The notes beneath the pieces are model-generated. The model saw only the letters and a list, made by a program, of their open reading frames with translations. It was not told the DNA's origin and did no database searches. From Deferrisomatales bacterium (GTDB lineage Bacteria > Desulfobacterota > Deferrisomatia > Deferrisomatales > JACRMM01), in contig JAWSUI010000001.1 in NCBI GenBank assembly GCA_033551855.1, positions 32,001-96,000 of the forward strand: 64,000 nt of DNA, in the 5' to 3' direction. The position numbers and the translations under genes are program-made. Of this stretch, positions 63,691-64,000 are shown in pieces (position 1 is the first letter of the stretch; every line of letters starts with the position of its first letter).

Positions 63691-64000
63691 GGCGCCCTCC
63701 TCTCCCCTGTGGGGTGCGTTCTCCCGTGCCGCGCACGCTGCGCGCCGGTGTACCGGGAGGTTACCCTGGGTATGGGGATTGTAAAGGGAAGCGGCGGCGC
63801 CGGTCGGCGCGAGCCCGCGGGGGGCGATTGACCGGCTCAGGGCCCTGTGACAAGATGCCTGCGAGCGGGACCTGATCCCACCCTTGCGCCGGGGAAGCGC
63901 CGTGACCGTAGAAGGAACCGTTAGCGAGGCCTCGTTCGTCAGCCTGAGCCGCCGGCTCTTCTATCGCCGGCCCGTGATCCTGCTCCTGCACATGGCGGTG

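Noticed and set aside
63761..63991. 76-aa ORF at the right edge of the window
   Set aside because: No recognisable motif; it may be the tail of a gene starting outside the window and cannot be supported from this sequence.

Overview
High-GC (roughly 70% by eye) chromosomal window from an anaerobic bacterium. Gene content (sigma54 promoters, HdrA/MvhD, futalosine pathway, a selenoprotein) suggests Desulfobacterota/'Deltaproteobacteria'; this is an inference. Main blocks: (1) PAS kinases, ferritin and an NtrC-type two-component system upstream of a sigma54-driven ~17-kb operon. The operon holds two diverged tandem copies of an HdrA-MvhD-MetV-MetF-HdrCB module. Copy 1 has an HdrL-type HdrA with a GltD/NfnB-like insert and a UGA/selenocysteine MvhD with a SECIS-like hairpin; copy 2 has a Cys MvhD. 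Inverted 'GACAGGAT' repeats sit at matching gene junctions in both copies. (2) DpsL, ispH, a low-GC three-lipoprotein islet, ssb, an OMP/YidD-like/TPR unit, cysE, a UbiD-family decarboxylase, Nudix and mqnA. (3) mgtE, preceded by an unannotated Pro-rich leader ORF and mutually exclusive SD/anti-SD hairpins (candidate Mg2+ translational attenuator). (4) A sigma54-driven anaerobic benzoyl-CoA operon (bzdP, bzdQ, ferredoxin, short BzdV-like, GNAT, thiolase, SDR, dch, amidohydrolase, cysteine hydrolase, LctP-like permease, had, oah) that lacks the catalytic BzdN/O (BcrB/C) subunits. (5) speA plus a carboxy(nor)spermidine-dehydrogenase-like gene, EamA, a NarL-type two-component system, SatD/SatE-like pair, PilZ, GAF-GAF protein and dodecin. 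A MITE-like repeat occurs in two close copies plus one with related ends. No rRNA, tRNA, CRISPR array, transposase or integrase was recognised. All assignments come from motif recognition by eye; no database searches were run.
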